From: a virus
UHGV virus genome: UHGV-0391786
DNA: 39,231 nt
Strand: one strand, 5' to 3'
Part shown: positions 17,569-28,792 of the stretch, piece by piece
How the letters are laid out: each line of letters starts with the position of its first letter
How positions within the stretch are numbered: the stretch's first letter is position 1
The notes under the pieces: model-generated
What the model was told of the DNA's origin: nothing
The model's database searches: none
The model's input: the letters and a program-made list of their open reading frames with translations, nothing else
Program-made: the position numbers and the translations under genes

Positions 17569-17952
17569 ATGGATCCACAGCAAGAATTATTTACAAAATT
17601 ACTTACAGAGATCAAAGCATTAGGATATGACGTATATGACGGCTTCTTACCGCCGGATGGTACGCCGTATCCTTTTGTTTATCTTGCAGATAGCCAACAG
17701 ACAGACGATGCCAATAAAACGGCTGTGTTTGGCAATGTGTATCAGACCATTCATGTCTGGCACAACAATCCAAGACAGAGAGGAACGGTATCAAAAATGC
17801 TGTTGGCGATCAAAACCACATGCAGAAAACTGGATCATACCGAAAATTTTGCATGGGATGTCCGGAATGTAAATCAGAGAATTCTTCCGGATACAACAAC
17901 AAAGCACCCTCTTTTACACGGGTTGCTAGAAATAGAATTTAGTTTTAGTTAG
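17569..17952 (+). CDS. tail completion / tail terminator protein candidate (DUF3168-like)
   Basis: Position immediately upstream of the major tail gene; size 127 aa; GAGGTGAG RBS. Confidence 0.5.
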   Translation: MDPQQELFTKLLTEIKALGYDVYDGFLPPDGTPYPFVYLADSQQTDDANKTAVFGNVYQTIHVWHNNPRQRGTVSKMLLAIKTTCRKLDHTENFAWDVRNVNQRILPDTTTKHPLLHGLLEIEFSFS

Positions 17953-17966
17953 AGAGGAGAAAAAGC

Positions 17967-18494
17967 ATGTTTGAGACAGGATTACAGTTATTTGCAGAGG
18001 CGGTATCTGGCAAGAAAATTGTATATTTGTACCGCCTTGCAGAAAAAGCGAAACAGGAAGCAGCAAAGAATCTTGCGTTTACAACGGAGAATGGAAGAAC
18101 CAAGAGTAAGGATGCAGATTCTACTGCAACGAAAGACGGTACAATCCGTACACCAGGAGCTGCGGAGACAGAAATTACAGCCACTGCTGTTTTGGCAAAA
18201 GGCGATAAATTGATCACAGAACTTGAGGACGCTATGGATTCCGATAAACTTCTTGAAATTTGGGAAGTAAACCTTGAAGAAGCAGCGGAAGCGGGTCCGA
18301 ATAAATTTAAGGGAATGTATTTCCAAGGATATCTCACAGAAGTTGAGGTCACGTCTTCTGCAGATGAGAATGTGGAAGTATCCCTTACTTTTGGCATCAA
18401 CGGATCAGGTAAACGCGGAGATGTAACCGTGACAACGCAGCAGCAGGAAATCGCGAATTACGTGTTTAAGGACAGCGTGAAAGAGGGGGAATAA
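17967..18494 (+). CDS. major tail protein (TP901-1/phi13-like)
   Basis: 175 aa, Thr/Ser-rich beta protein in the canonical position before the chaperone pair and tape measure; N-terminal GLQLFAEA motif; 3' end mirrors the capsid gene 3' end. Confidence 0.7.
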   Translation: MFETGLQLFAEAVSGKKIVYLYRLAEKAKQEAAKNLAFTTENGRTKSKDADSTATKDGTIRTPGAAETEITATAVLAKGDKLITELEDAMDSDKLLEIWEVNLEEAAEAGPNKFKGMYFQGYLTEVEVTSSADENVEVSLTFGINGSGKRGDVTVTTQQQEIANYVFKDSVKEGE

Positions 18495-18616
18495 TGCCCT
18501 CTGACGATGTAGCCTTAATCGGCAGAGGTAAAGTAGGAAAGGCAAAAGTAGGAAAAGAATAGATCATGTACATAGAGGGCGGCAAGACCGCTCTCTTTTT
18601 AATGGAGGAATAAAAA

Positions 18617-19027
18617 ATGATGGAATTAACAATTAACGGACAGGTGTACCAGTTTAACTTTGGAATGGGATTTTTGAGAGAAATCAACAAGCAGACGAAT
18701 ATGCCTGTGGATGGATTGCCGGGAGTAAAAAAAGACGTAGGATTCCGGTATGCGCTTATGAACTTAATAAATGGTGATCCGGATGCATTGGTAAACATTC
18801 TTGATGTTGCGAATAAAGGGCAGAATCCGAGAGTGACAAGAGGCCTTTTGGATGAGTATATCGACGATGAGGACACAGATATTGATGAGCTTACAGAAAC
18901 AGTAATGGGTTTCTTGAAGAGTGCCAATGCTACGAAAAAAGCTACAAAAGAGATTGTGGACGCTGTGGAGAAAGAGAAACAGAGAATGGAAGAGGAAGAA
19001 GCGAAGAAGAGAGAGTTGATGATGTAG
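18617..19027 (+). CDS. tail assembly chaperone (G-like)
   Basis: Position upstream of the tape measure; acidic C-terminus; the -1 frame is open from 18889 through 19365. Confidence 0.65.
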   Translation: MMELTINGQVYQFNFGMGFLREINKQTNMPVDGLPGVKKDVGFRYALMNLINGDPDALVNILDVANKGQNPRVTRGLLDEYIDDEDTDIDELTETVMGFLKSANATKKATKEIVDAVEKEKQRMEEEEAKKRELMM

Positions 19028-19056
19028 ATTTTGAAGAATCCTACAGAGAGGCGGCG

Positions 19057-19365
19057 TTGAATTGTTTCCGATATCTTGGCTTTAAAAGCTTTGAAGAAGT
19101 GGATAGGTTGACAATTCCAGAATACACCCTGCTCATGGAGGCTGTGCAGCTAAGAGAAGTAGACAGGGACTACCGAAATCATCTGCAGGCATTCTTAAAT
19201 TTTGCTGTAAAAGCAGAGAAAAAGGTTGGAAAGAATAGGTCGAAACCAGTGTATCAGAGATTCAGAAAATTCTTTGATTACGAAAAAGAAGTGGATCGCA
19301 TAAAGAGCCGCAAGAAGAAAAATGAAAGATTAGACATAATCGGCAGGATGATGAAAGGAGAGTGA
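19057..19365 (+). CDS. tail assembly chaperone frameshift extension (GT-like product; -1 frame open from 18889)
   Basis: The ORF is in the -1 frame relative to 18617..19027 and open from 18889; an A6 run at 18935-18940 is a possible slip site. Confidence 0.5.
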   Translation: MNCFRYLGFKSFEEVDRLTIPEYTLLMEAVQLREVDRDYRNHLQAFLNFAVKAEKKVGKNRSKPVYQRFRKFFDYEKEVDRIKSRKKKNERLDIIGRMMKGE

Positions 19366-19369
19366 TGGC

Positions 19370-22354
19370 ATGGCAGAAAGTTATTCAGTAAAGGCAATAT
19401 TATCTGCACAGGATAGAGGATTTACGTCTGCTTTCAAATCTGCAATGGGTACCGTAAGCAATTTAAAAAGCACGCTCACGAGTGGAATAGGGTTCGGGAT
19501 CATGGCCGGAATTGGGCAAAAGGCATTTGGTGCTGTCACATCCAGTATTGGTGGTATGGTGTCAGAGTTAAATTCTTCCAGCGCTGCATGGAAAACATTT
19601 AATGGAAACATGTCGATGGTTGGAAAAGGCGCTGACGAGATTGCATCTGTAAAAAAGGAATTGCAAGAGTTTGCAGAAGATACGATTTATAGTGCATCTG
19701 ATATGGCGAGTACTTATGCGCAGTTGAGTGCAGTTGGGATTAAAAGCACGAACAAGCTTGTAAAGGGATTCGGAGGGCTTGCTGCGGCGGCTGAGAATCC
19801 AAAACAGGCAATGAAGACTTTAAGCCAGCAGGCTACACAGATGGCAGCAAAGCCAACAGTTGCATGGGCGGACTTTAAACTCATGATTGAGCAGACTCCG
19901 GCTGGTATATCAGCAGTCGCAAAAGAAATGGGTATGACTACCACGGAGCTTGTACAGAATGTGCAGGACGGGAAAATCGCGACAGAAGATTTCTTTGATG
20001 CTATCGCAAAAGTCGGCACAAATGACGCGTTTACGAAGCTTGCTACAGAGTATAAGACTGTAGATCAGGCAATGGATGGTCTGACCGAAACAGTAAGCAA
20101 TAAGCTGGCGCCGTCATTTGATGTTTTGTCCGGTCGAGCGATTAAGTCCTTGGACGGGATAATCAATAAAATTGGAGATTTTGATGGAAATGAAATCGCA
20201 GGGAAATTAACTGGATTTCTCGATAAAGCAAGCGGGTACTGGAATGTTTTAAAAACAGAAGCATTGGAAGTAAAGATCGCTTTTGGAGATGCTTTTTCCG
20301 CAATCGGAGAAGATTTGGGGAAGATTACTGGTGCGTTTGGTTCCACGGAAAGTATCAGTTCTTTTAGCAGTGCAATGGATTCTGCGAGCGGAGCATTGAA
20401 AACCTTTGCTGGATTCCTAGAGGAACATTCCGAAATTATCGCGAAAGTAATATCAAAACTCCCACAGCTTTTCGTGGCATATAAAGGCTTTAAGATTGCA
20501 AAAAGTGTTGCTCCATTTGTAGGCGCATTCACGAGTGCGATTGCTGGACTTGCCGGAGCTGGAATAAGTAAAATTGCTGGAAAATTGTTTGGAATCTCTA
20601 AAGGGCAAGAAGCGGTCGGTAAAAGCAGTGCTGCAAGTTCCAAGAAAATGCTTGCGTCCGCTAAAGCATTTATGATGCTTGGAGCAGGGGTTGCGTTAAT
20701 CAGTGGCGGATTTTTCTTGTTGGCGCAAGGTGCAAAAGCAGTGGCGGATTCCGGGCCATTGGCCGTTGCTGTTTTAGTTGGAATGGTAGGTGCTTTAATT
20801 GGGTTGAGTATTGGAATGATGAAAATGCTTTCCGCAATGTCTGGCGGCACAAAGAAACTTACTGCTATGTCTACTGCAATGTTAGCGCTTGGAGGAAGTA
20901 TTTTGCTGATAAGTGCAGCATTTTGGGTGCTGTCAGATGCGGCAATTAGAGTTTCAGAAGCAGGTCCTTTAGCAATAGGCGTTTTAGTTGGAATGGTAGC
21001 GGCAATTGCAGGCCTTTTGATCGTTGCAAAAATGGTGGCTCCAACATTGACGGCTGGTGCAGTTGGTTTTGTAGCGTTTGGAGCAGCTGTTGTTTTAGCG
21101 GCAGCCGGAATTGCTATACTAACCGCATCTGCGATTTCTCTTGCGAATGCAGGACCGCTTGCCATTGGAGTGATGTTTGGTCTGATCGTAGCAATTGGTG
21201 GATTGATGGTCGTAGCGGCAGCAGTCGCACCAGTTTTAACTGCAGGAGCTGTTGGACTGATTGCATTTGGAGCGGCAGCAGTCCTTGTAGGGGCGGCGGT
21301 TTTGCTTGCAAGCGCAGGATTAACTTTGGTTGCAAGCGTGCTTCCTATTGTTGCTGAGTATGGATTACAGGCATCCGTGGCAATCGGAGCATTAGGGGCA
21401 GCAATGACAGTGTTTGGAGCAGGGACGATTGTAGCAGGAGCTGGATGTACGGTTCTTGCAGTTGGATTGTTGGCAGTAGGAGTTGCAGTGCTTGGTGTCA
21501 CGGTGGGAGTTGTTGCATTTGGAGTGGCGATGACAGCAGCGTGTGTTGGTGTACTGGCAATGGCAGCGGCACTATTGGCGGTTAATTCCAGTATGAAGTC
21601 GATTGCAAAGAATGCGAAAACAGCACAGAAATCTATCGAGAGCATGAAAGATTCTGTAAGCATTGTGAATGATGGACTTGATGCTCTTGGAAATAAAGCG
21701 AAAAGTGCGGTGAAATCTATTGTAAGTGTGTTTGATAACGGAGCTGGAAAAGCGAGAAGCTCTGGGCAGAAACTTGGGGACAGTGCAAAAGAGGGTGTGC
21801 AGAACGGACTACAGCCAACACAGGCAGTCGCAATCAAAACTGTATCTGCAGTATTATCATCTTTGTCTTCTGGGGCGAGCGGAGCATACAGTAGTGGTTA
21901 CAACATAGGTTTAGGTTTCGCGAATGGTATGTCGGCAACATTAGGATATATCAGATCAGTTGCAGCACAAATGGCTGCGGCTGCAGATGCGGCAGTCAGG
22001 GCAAAAGCAAAAATCCACAGTCCGTCAAGAGTATTTGCTGGGCTGGGTGTCTATGTAGGAGAGGGATTTGCGCTTGGAATTGAGTCGATGTCCAGAAAGG
22101 TTGCAGAAGCTACGCAGAACATTGTGGAGATCCCAACATTATCCACAGACATGAGAATGCGAGCTTCCGGTGCTTTGGATTCTGAACTTTCCGGCGACTA
22201 TTCGTACAACAGAAATGCTACATACACAATTGTTGTACCGGTTGAGTACAACGGGCGTGAAGCGGCTCGGGTTACAACGGAGTTTACACAGAAAGATCTG
22301 GAAAGCCGAGAGAGCATGAAGATGAGACTGAAAGGAGAAAGAAGCCATGTATGA
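19370..22354 (+). CDS. tail tape measure protein (TP901-family N-terminal domain, hydrophobic tandem repeats)
   Basis: 994 aa; AAAGGAG RBS; Ala/Gly-rich triplicated TM-like modules in the middle. Confidence 0.85.
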   Translation: MAESYSVKAILSAQDRGFTSAFKSAMGTVSNLKSTLTSGIGFGIMAGIGQKAFGAVTSSIGGMVSELNSSSAAWKTFNGNMSMVGKGADEIASVKKELQEFAEDTIYSASDMASTYAQLSAVGIKSTNKLVKGFGGLAAAAENPKQAMKTLSQQATQMAAKPTVAWADFKLMIEQTPAGISAVAKEMGMTTTELVQNVQDGKIATEDFFDAIAKVGTNDAFTKLATEYKTVDQAMDGLTETVSNKLAPSFDVLSGRAIKSLDGIINKIGDFDGNEIAGKLTGFLDKASGYWNVLKTEALEVKIAFGDAFSAIGEDLGKITGAFGSTESISSFSSAMDSASGALKTFAGFLEEHSEIIAKVISKLPQLFVAYKGFKIAKSVAPFVGAFTSAIAGLAGAGISKIAGKLFGISKGQEAVGKSSAASSKKMLASAKAFMMLGAGVALISGGFFLLAQGAKAVADSGPLAVAVLVGMVGALIGLSIGMMKMLSAMSGGTKKLTAMSTAMLALGGSILLISAAFWVLSDAAIRVSEAGPLAIGVLVGMVAAIAGLLIVAKMVAPTLTAGAVGFVAFGAAVVLAAAGIAILTASAISLANAGPLAIGVMFGLIVAIGGLMVVAAAVAPVLTAGAVGLIAFGAAAVLVGAAVLLASAGLTLVASVLPIVAEYGLQASVAIGALGAAMTVFGAGTIVAGAGCTVLAVGLLAVGVAVLGVTVGVVAFGVAMTAACVGVLAMAAALLAVNSSMKSIAKNAKTAQKSIESMKDSVSIVNDGLDALGNKAKSAVKSIVSVFDNGAGKARSSGQKLGDSAKEGVQNGLQPTQAVAIKTVSAVLSSLSSGASGAYSSGYNIGLGFANGMSATLGYIRSVAAQMAAAADAAVRAKAKIHSPSRVFAGLGVYVGEGFALGIESMSRKVAEATQNIVEIPTLSTDMRMRASGALDSELSGDYSYNRNATYTIVVPVEYNGREAARVTTEFTQKDLESRESMKMRLKGERSHV

Positions 22355-23879
22355 GTTTGTGGATACAAATAAGGCGGGGAGCAAGAGTTCCCTGCCGAGT
22401 GAGGCTCTGCAGATTGATGGGACATATATTGAAAATTTGATTGATGGATACAGAACTCTGTACGTGACCGGTCGTGAGCTTTTGGGATCGGAAATTTCGG
22501 AGAGAGAAATTGATCTTGTGGATGGGTCCGAGTATACGGGAAAGCGAGATACAACCAGAAGTATTACAGTTGGATACCAGTTGCTTTGCACATCTCCTAG
22601 AGAGTTTCAGGAAAAATTCAACAAACTCTCTGGAATCTTAAATAAGGAACAGGTAAAGCTGATTTTTGCAGATGAACCGGATAAATATTTTATCGGGACG
22701 AAATCAAGTGTAGGAGATGTGGAGCCAGGCAGATTGAACGTAAAAAGCGAATTTACTTTTTATTGTTGTGATCCACGGAAATATTCAGCAGCGGAAAAAT
22801 CGTTTACTGCCCATCAGGAAAGCGGATATCAGACGCTTACTATTGTAAATGGTGGTACAGAATCCGTTCCGGTAAGCTACGATATCACTCACAACCATGA
22901 AAATGGATTTATTGGGATTGCCAGTAAATACGGTGCAATACAACTCGGCAAGATCGAAGAAGCAGACGGCGAAGACTATAAGGCGTCAGAGATACTGTCA
23001 GAGGGGTATAGCCTGTTTCAAGACGATCACGGTACTTCTCATCAAAATCCGGAGAATACCACACAAGGAACGCTGGAAGTGCGGGACGTTGCCGGATACA
23101 GCGTAATGGCTTTAAAGGGTGGGCAGGCTACGAACGGACACTGGAATGGAGGTATGAAAACCATGGTCATTCCTGCGGACAGCGAGGGTAGACGTGGGGC
23201 GAAGAACTTTTACTGCTATACCCAGCACTGGTTCGAGACTGGATTGATGGGACAGACGGGAGCACAGACTATTGCGTTTCTTACAGGAAAAAATGAAGTG
23301 ATCTGCTCTATGTCCATAAATAAAAGCGATTCTGTTGGTAATACGGCACATGTGGACTGGTTCGCACCACAAAACAAGAAGATCAAGACACTGGATTTCC
23401 AGCCGACAGCTTATGAGGGAAACCCGTTTAATTTAAAGATGGGTGGCGGTCATAATGATTTCTTAAAAGAGGGTGACCGGCTTCGGATCTTTTGGTACGG
23501 TCAGTATTATTACTTTACTATCCCGGAGATTAAAGACATGGCGTGTGAGAAGATACAGGTCTGGATCGGGCAGTGGGGAAGTAGAGATCTTGGAAATCAG
23601 CTGGTTACGCACAATTATTTAAAAAGTATCTGGTTCCGCAAGGATAACGTGGAAAAATACAGAGATGTGCCGAACCGGTATAAGTCCGGAGATGTGGTCT
23701 ATATTGATGGAAATGATACAGCGGTTTATGTAAACGGGATGAAGCGGATGGAAGATGAAATCCGAGGAAGTAAGCATTTTCTGGTACCGCCGGGAGAGAC
23801 GGAGATCCAGTTCTCCTACTCGGCATTTAGCAGTCCTCCACCAACGATTAAAGCCAAAATAAGGGAGGCGTATTTATAA
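22347..23879 (+). CDS. distal tail protein (Dit, Sipho_tail family) with C-terminal extension
   Basis: 510 aa after the tape measure with ATGA-type overlap; extra ~200 aa suggests an evolved Dit with an inserted binding module. Confidence 0.65.
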   Translation: MYEFVDTNKAGSKSSLPSEALQIDGTYIENLIDGYRTLYVTGRELLGSEISEREIDLVDGSEYTGKRDTTRSITVGYQLLCTSPREFQEKFNKLSGILNKEQVKLIFADEPDKYFIGTKSSVGDVEPGRLNVKSEFTFYCCDPRKYSAAEKSFTAHQESGYQTLTIVNGGTESVPVSYDITHNHENGFIGIASKYGAIQLGKIEEADGEDYKASEILSEGYSLFQDDHGTSHQNPENTTQGTLEVRDVAGYSVMALKGGQATNGHWNGGMKTMVIPADSEGRRGAKNFYCYTQHWFETGLMGQTGAQTIAFLTGKNEVICSMSINKSDSVGNTAHVDWFAPQNKKIKTLDFQPTAYEGNPFNLKMGGGHNDFLKEGDRLRIFWYGQYYYFTIPEIKDMACEKIQVWIGQWGSRDLGNQLVTHNYLKSIWFRKDNVEKYRDVPNRYKSGDVVYIDGNDTAVYVNGMKRMEDEIRGSKHFLVPPGETEIQFSYSAFSSPPPTIKAKIREAYL

Positions 23880-26800
23880 TGAATGAAATCAGAATTGCCG
23901 TACTGAATCCACATGACAGGGTGCTTGCATTTTTGGATAACACCCATCGAAACTCTATGCATTATTGGAACGATGAGCTCCATGAATATCTGCAGGGGAC
24001 AGCGAATACATACGCATTTACGGTAAGTTCCAAACACGAGGATGCGGCGTATATCGTAGAAGGGAATAAAGTAGCCTTTGTATATAACGGAAAAGACTAC
24101 TATCTGAATATCGTACATGTGGAAAAGGATGAATTTACAGTTACTGCGACAGCATGGTCTTTAAGTTTCGAATTGATCAATGAGAATGTGGGTGCGTACA
24201 AATCTGAAAGCGCAATGAGCTTTGAGGAATATGTAACTGCCTTTGATCCGGAACGTACCGTGCGGATCGGGATCAATGAAGTGTCAGATAAGCGGATTTC
24301 AAACGAATGGACAGGTGAGGCAACGGTACTGTCCCGTTTATTTTCCGTGGCGAATGTATTCGATGCGGAGATTGAGTTCCAGACTGTGTTAAATGATGAT
24401 TATTCACTGAAAGAAATTGTAATGAACGTGTATCGGGAACACTCAGACAATAACACGGGAGTTGGGGAGTTCCGGGGAGATATCAAACTGCGGTACGGGA
24501 AAAATGTTACCGGCATCCGGAAGGAATCCAGTATCGAAAATCTGTACACCGGTATCCGTCCAACAGGAAAGGATGGACTGACTATACAGGGAATTGAGAA
24601 AGAAGAGCTGGATGAGAACGGCGTAGTAGAGTTTTATACACAAGGTCCAGATATCCGGGCGCCGCAGGCAAGGGACAGATTTCCATCAAACCTGATAAAC
24701 AAGGAAGATGGATACATCTTTATGCCAAAATCCTACGATACGGATAACAAAGACAAACTGTACAGTATGGCGCTATCGGACTTGAGAACAGCATCTGAAC
24801 CGGTCGTGACTTATGATGTGACGGGATACTTTGATACCGCTATCGGAGATACCGTGGAGATCGAAGATGAGGAGTACGTTCCTACCTTATACTTGAGTGC
24901 AAGAGTATCGGAGCAGGTTCGCAGTTTCACGAATCCGCAAGCAAACAAGACGGTATTTACAAACTACAAAGAGCTGACATCGGAAATTTCGGACAGCTTA
25001 TTACAGAGGATGCAAGACCTTATTAATAAAAATAAGGTTTATACTTGCTCTATCTCAACAAACAACGGCGTTATCTTTAAAAATGGCATCGGTAGCACTA
25101 CTCTGACCGCTTACGCTTACGATAACGGCGTGGATGTGGCAGACAAGCTACAATTCCGATGGAGCAAGGATGGACATGAGTTTTATGTTGGTAAGAGCGT
25201 TACGGTAAATGCTGCTGACGTGGATACAAAGGCGGTGTACTCATTTGAGGCTCTAGAAAATGGGATAAAACGTGGGTATTACGAAGTCACAATCACGGAT
25301 GTAATGGATGGAGAGGATGGAAAAGACGGGGAACAGGGTCCTCAGGGCGAGAAAGGAGAGCAAGGCGAACAGGGACCTCCTGGTCCACAAGGCGCTCCGG
25401 GATTGGATGGTATACAGGGTCCAAAAGGGGATCAAGGAATCCCGGGAAAAGACGGAGTTGACGGAAAAACACAGTACACTCACATTTCTTATGCAAACAG
25501 TGCAGACGGGTCTAAAGATTTTTCTGTATCCGACAGCAATCGGGATTATGTCGGAATGTACGTTGATTTTACGCAAAATGACAGCACAGACCCGAAAAAA
25601 TACGCGTGGAGTAAGATCAAAGGTGCGGACGGAGCAAACGGAACACCCGGAAAGCCGGGAGCTGATGGAAAGACCCCGTATTTACATATCGCCTATGCAA
25701 ACAGTGCTGATGGAAAGACAGGATTTTCCACCACGGATGGTACAAATAAGCTCTATATCGGGCAGTATACAGATTATACACAGGCAGATAGTACAGATGC
25801 TACGAAGTATACATGGACAAAAATAAAAGGCGAACAGGGGGAACGTGGGCTACAAGGATTGCAAGGAGAAAAAGGAGAACAGGGGATTCCTGGAACAGCT
25901 GGTGCGAATGGAAAGACCAGTTATTTCCACATCAAGTATTCTTCTGTGGCAAAGCCGACAACGTTCAGTCAGATGACAGAGACGCCGTCTGCTTATATTG
26001 GAACTTATGTGGACTTTGTACAGGAAGATTCTACAGATCCTGCAAGATATACCTGGTCGCAGTTTAAAGGATCGCAAGGCGTAAAAGGAGATCAGGGAAT
26101 TGCTGGTAAGAATGGTGCAGATGGGAAAACAAGTTATTTACATATCGCCTATGCAAACAGTGCTGATGGAAAGACAGGGTTTGATGTTTCGAACAGCACT
26201 GGGAAGTTTTATATTGGACAGTATACAGATTTTACGCAAGAGGATTCTACAGACCCGACGAAATACGCATGGACAAAAATAAAAGGCGAACAGGGGGAAC
26301 AAGGTCCGCAGGGAGTTCCCGGTCTGCAAGGAGTGCAAGGTCCCAAAGGTGAACAAGGGATACAGGGTCCCAAAGGAGATACTGGAGCTGCAGGTGTAAA
26401 CTACTGGAGATCATCAGCAACGATAGACTTATCTGATACTAAAACTTACGATGTAAATAAATGGTATCCCGTTGTGGGGAGTCAGCTTCCAACGAGTGTT
26501 TATAATCGTATTTTGGTTAATGTGTCTTTAAATAGTGGAACAAAACCATCCTGGAGTACACATGTTAGCGGATTCTCGGTGAATTTAGATCTGGCTTCCA
26601 TTGGATCTGGGTGGGGAACTACTTCTGGCGAATGTATTATTTATGCAGACACGTATTCATTCTGTTCAGTGTCGCCTGCCAGCTATACACAACTGACTTA
26701 TGGATCAATCCCTGTATTATATTTAAGAGGTGGCGGTAAATATTTTGTAAAGACTGATTTTGTGGTCAACTGGACGCCTAAGCCAACAGGATATACATGG

Positions 26801-28711
26801 CAGAATGGAAATTATAAGCAGACAGCACCTGTCTTAGATAGCAGACCTGTACCAAGCGGAACCAATATTAAAGGGAAGAGCACCTATTTTCACATCAAGT
26901 ATTCCGCAGTATCGAATCCAACCACCTCTAACCAGATGACAGAGATACCTAACACATATATTGGTACTTACGTAGACTTCACACGGGAAGATAGCACGGA
27001 TCCAAAGAAATATACCTGGTCACGTTTCCAAGGAGCCCAGGGTCCCCAGGGAACGCAGGGAATTCCGGGAACAAACGGCACAAACGGCACAAACGGCAAG
27101 ACAAGTTATCTGCACATTAAATATTCCAATGATGGAGGAAAAACGTTTACCGGAAACAGCGGAGAAGATGTGGGAACGCATATCGGTACTTGTGTGGATT
27201 ACAATCAGTCCGATCCTGCAAGTGTTGGATCTTATAAGTGGGCGAAGATTAAAGGAGAACAAGGTGCTACAGGACCACAAGGAGCAACGGGACCACAAGG
27301 GCCGGCGGGGACATCAGGAAGAGGGATAAAAACCATTACAGAATATTATTTGATTTCTTCCGCAAAAACAGGAATTACAACAGCGTCAAGCGGTTGGAGT
27401 ACATCAGTTCCGACGATGACAGCAACAAATAAATACTTGTGGAACTATGAAAAATTTACGTTTACAGATAATACCACAGCGACCACTACGCCAAAAATAA
27501 TCGGGATATACGGAGACAAAGGAGCAACAGGAGCTACCGGTCCACAAGGACCTCAAGGGAATGCAGGTGCAACAGGTCCCCAGGGGCCACAAGGAGCGAC
27601 TGGCCCGAAAGGACCGCAAGGGGCAACTGGCGCAACGGGACCACAAGGGGTAACTGGAAACGGAATAAAGTCTATCACGAATTATTATCTTGCAACGGCA
27701 AGCGGAAGCGGTGTGTCGGCGTCCACATCAGGATGGACTACAACTGTACAAGCAATAACGGCGTCAAAAAAATATCTGTGGAATTATGAAGTTGTTACCT
27801 ATACAAATGGTAGCACGTATCAATCAGCACCATGTATCATCGGAGTATATGGTGATAAGGGAGCGACCGGTGCTACAGGAGCAACAGGACCAAGTGGCAT
27901 AATTGTATCTTCTACGGCTCCGTCAAATCCTAAAGCTGGCCAGTTATGGCAGACAGCATCCGGTCAGCCGATCAAGCGGTGGGATGGAAGTAGGTGGGTG
28001 ATCCATTATATTTCTGTTGATAACTTAAACGCACAGACTTTAAGTGCGATAGCGGCAGATCTTGGAACTGTAACTGCCGGACTTATTAAGGATAAGAATG
28101 GAACAATGCTTATCGATGTTACATCCGGAAAGATTATTAGCAAGGAAATCGTGCAAGGAGCAGTGGAAAATGTTGCGTCATTGAGTAATGCGTATTTGGC
28201 TTTCTCCGGTAAGGCTCCGACAACAGATCGAGCTACTATGAGCGTGAACTTGCAAAACATCATGTTTACAAATGAAAATACAAGAAAAGCAACGACAATC
28301 CAGTTTGAGGATGAAATGATATATGCAAGAAATTCTGTATCCCCACGTATAAGCATATATGCGTATCGCAATTACGATTCCGGCACCGTGAAAGGTCCAT
28401 ATACAAGTGCAAACTCCAATAATAACATCCACGTGGAACTAAAAAGAAGAGGATTTATGGTAACATGCAAGATCACAATGCTTGCACAATTTCCAGGAAG
28501 TGGCGAATACGGGCCATTCAACGAGGTGAAAATTCCAGTAGGATATCGACCGGTTGTGGATTTCTTTGCTCCCTATAGTGAAGTTGTAGGACCTAACATA
28601 TTTGGAACGGGAAGATACGGCATAGGAAAAGATGGGGGGATCAAGATTTATGTGGAGAATGCCGTATGGACAGAACGTCACGCAACGTTCACGTGGATTA
28701 CAGATGATTGA
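23879..28711 (+). CDS. tail-associated protein / receptor-binding protein (prophage tail endopeptidase-like N-terminus, multiple collagen-like tracts and repeated beta modules), 1610 aa
   Basis: N-terminal Tal-like region; Gly-X-Y collagen-like segments at more than 8 sites; 5-6 copies of a ~50-aa module ([16 protein letters not shown]...YIGQYTD.TQ.DSTDP.KYTW.KIKG) and 2 copies of a YYL...SGW...LWNYE module. Confidence 0.85.
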   Translation: MNEIRIAVLNPHDRVLAFLDNTHRNSMHYWNDELHEYLQGTANTYAFTVSSKHEDAAYIVEGNKVAFVYNGKDYYLNIVHVEKDEFTVTATAWSLSFELINENVGAYKSESAMSFEEYVTAFDPERTVRIGINEVSDKRISNEWTGEATVLSRLFSVANVFDAEIEFQTVLNDDYSLKEIVMNVYREHSDNNTGVGEFRGDIKLRYGKNVTGIRKESSIENLYTGIRPTGKDGLTIQGIEKEELDENGVVEFYTQGPDIRAPQARDRFPSNLINKEDGYIFMPKSYDTDNKDKLYSMALSDLRTASEPVVTYDVTGYFDTAIGDTVEIEDEEYVPTLYLSARVSEQVRSFTNPQANKTVFTNYKELTSEISDSLLQRMQDLINKNKVYTCSISTNNGVIFKNGIGSTTLTAYAYDNGVDVADKLQFRWSKDGHEFYVGKSVTVNAADVDTKAVYSFEALENGIKRGYYEVTITDVMDGEDGKDGEQGPQGEKGEQGEQGPPGPQGAPGLDGIQGPKGDQGIPGKDGVDGKTQYTHISYANSADGSKDFSVSDSNRDYVGMYVDFTQNDSTDPKKYAWSKIKGADGANGTPGKPGADGKTPYLHIAYANSADGKTGFSTTDGTNKLYIGQYTDYTQADSTDATKYTWTKIKGEQGERGLQGLQGEKGEQGIPGTAGANGKTSYFHIKYSSVAKPTTFSQMTETPSAYIGTYVDFVQEDSTDPARYTWSQFKGSQGVKGDQGIAGKNGADGKTSYLHIAYANSADGKTGFDVSNSTGKFYIGQYTDFTQEDSTDPTKYAWTKIKGEQGEQGPQGVPGLQGVQGPKGEQGIQGPKGDTGAAGVNYWRSSATIDLSDTKTYDVNKWYPVVGSQLPTSVYNRILVNVSLNSGTKPSWSTHVSGFSVNLDLASIGSGWGTTSGECIIYADTYSFCSVSPASYTQLTYGSIPVLYLRGGGKYFVKTDFVVNWTPKPTGYTWQNGNYKQTAPVLDSRPVPSGTNIKGKSTYFHIKYSAVSNPTTSNQMTEIPNTYIGTYVDFTREDSTDPKKYTWSRFQGAQGPQGTQGIPGTNGTNGTNGKTSYLHIKYSNDGGKTFTGNSGEDVGTHIGTCVDYNQSDPASVGSYKWAKIKGEQGATGPQGATGPQGPAGTSGRGIKTITEYYLISSAKTGITTASSGWSTSVPTMTATNKYLWNYEKFTFTDNTTATTTPKIIGIYGDKGATGATGPQGPQGNAGATGPQGPQGATGPKGPQGATGATGPQGVTGNGIKSITNYYLATASGSGVSASTSGWTTTVQAITASKKYLWNYEVVTYTNGSTYQSAPCIIGVYGDKGATGATGATGPSGIIVSSTAPSNPKAGQLWQTASGQPIKRWDGSRWVIHYISVDNLNAQTLSAIAADLGTVTAGLIKDKNGTMLIDVTSGKIISKEIVQGAVENVASLSNAYLAFSGKAPTTDRATMSVNLQNIMFTNENTRKATTIQFEDEMIYARNSVSPRISIYAYRNYDSGTVKGPYTSANSNNNIHVELKRRGFMVTCKITMLAQFPGSGEYGPFNEVKIPVGYRPVVDFFAPYSEVVGPNIFGTGRYGIGKDGGIKIYVENAVWTERHATFTWITDD

Positions 28712-28739
28712 TTAAAGGAGATTATATGGAGATTAGGGC

Positions 28740-28764
28740 AAGACCGTGTTGGTCTTATTTTTAT
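28740..28764 (+). terminator. rho-independent terminator after the tail operon
   Basis: aagacc-gtgtt-ggtctt hairpin followed by atttttat. Confidence 0.55.
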
Positions 28765-28792
28765 ACTTAAAACCAGAAAGGAAAGTGAGGAT

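Noticed and set aside
20065-21837. 590-aa minus-strand ORF (also 21114..21335 and others) inside the tape measure gene
   Set aside because: It is an antisense artefact of the Ala/Gly/Thr-rich, GC-rich repeat region of the tape measure gene. It has no RBS and a low-complexity PTA-rich translation. The plus-strand tape measure gene is clearly the real gene.
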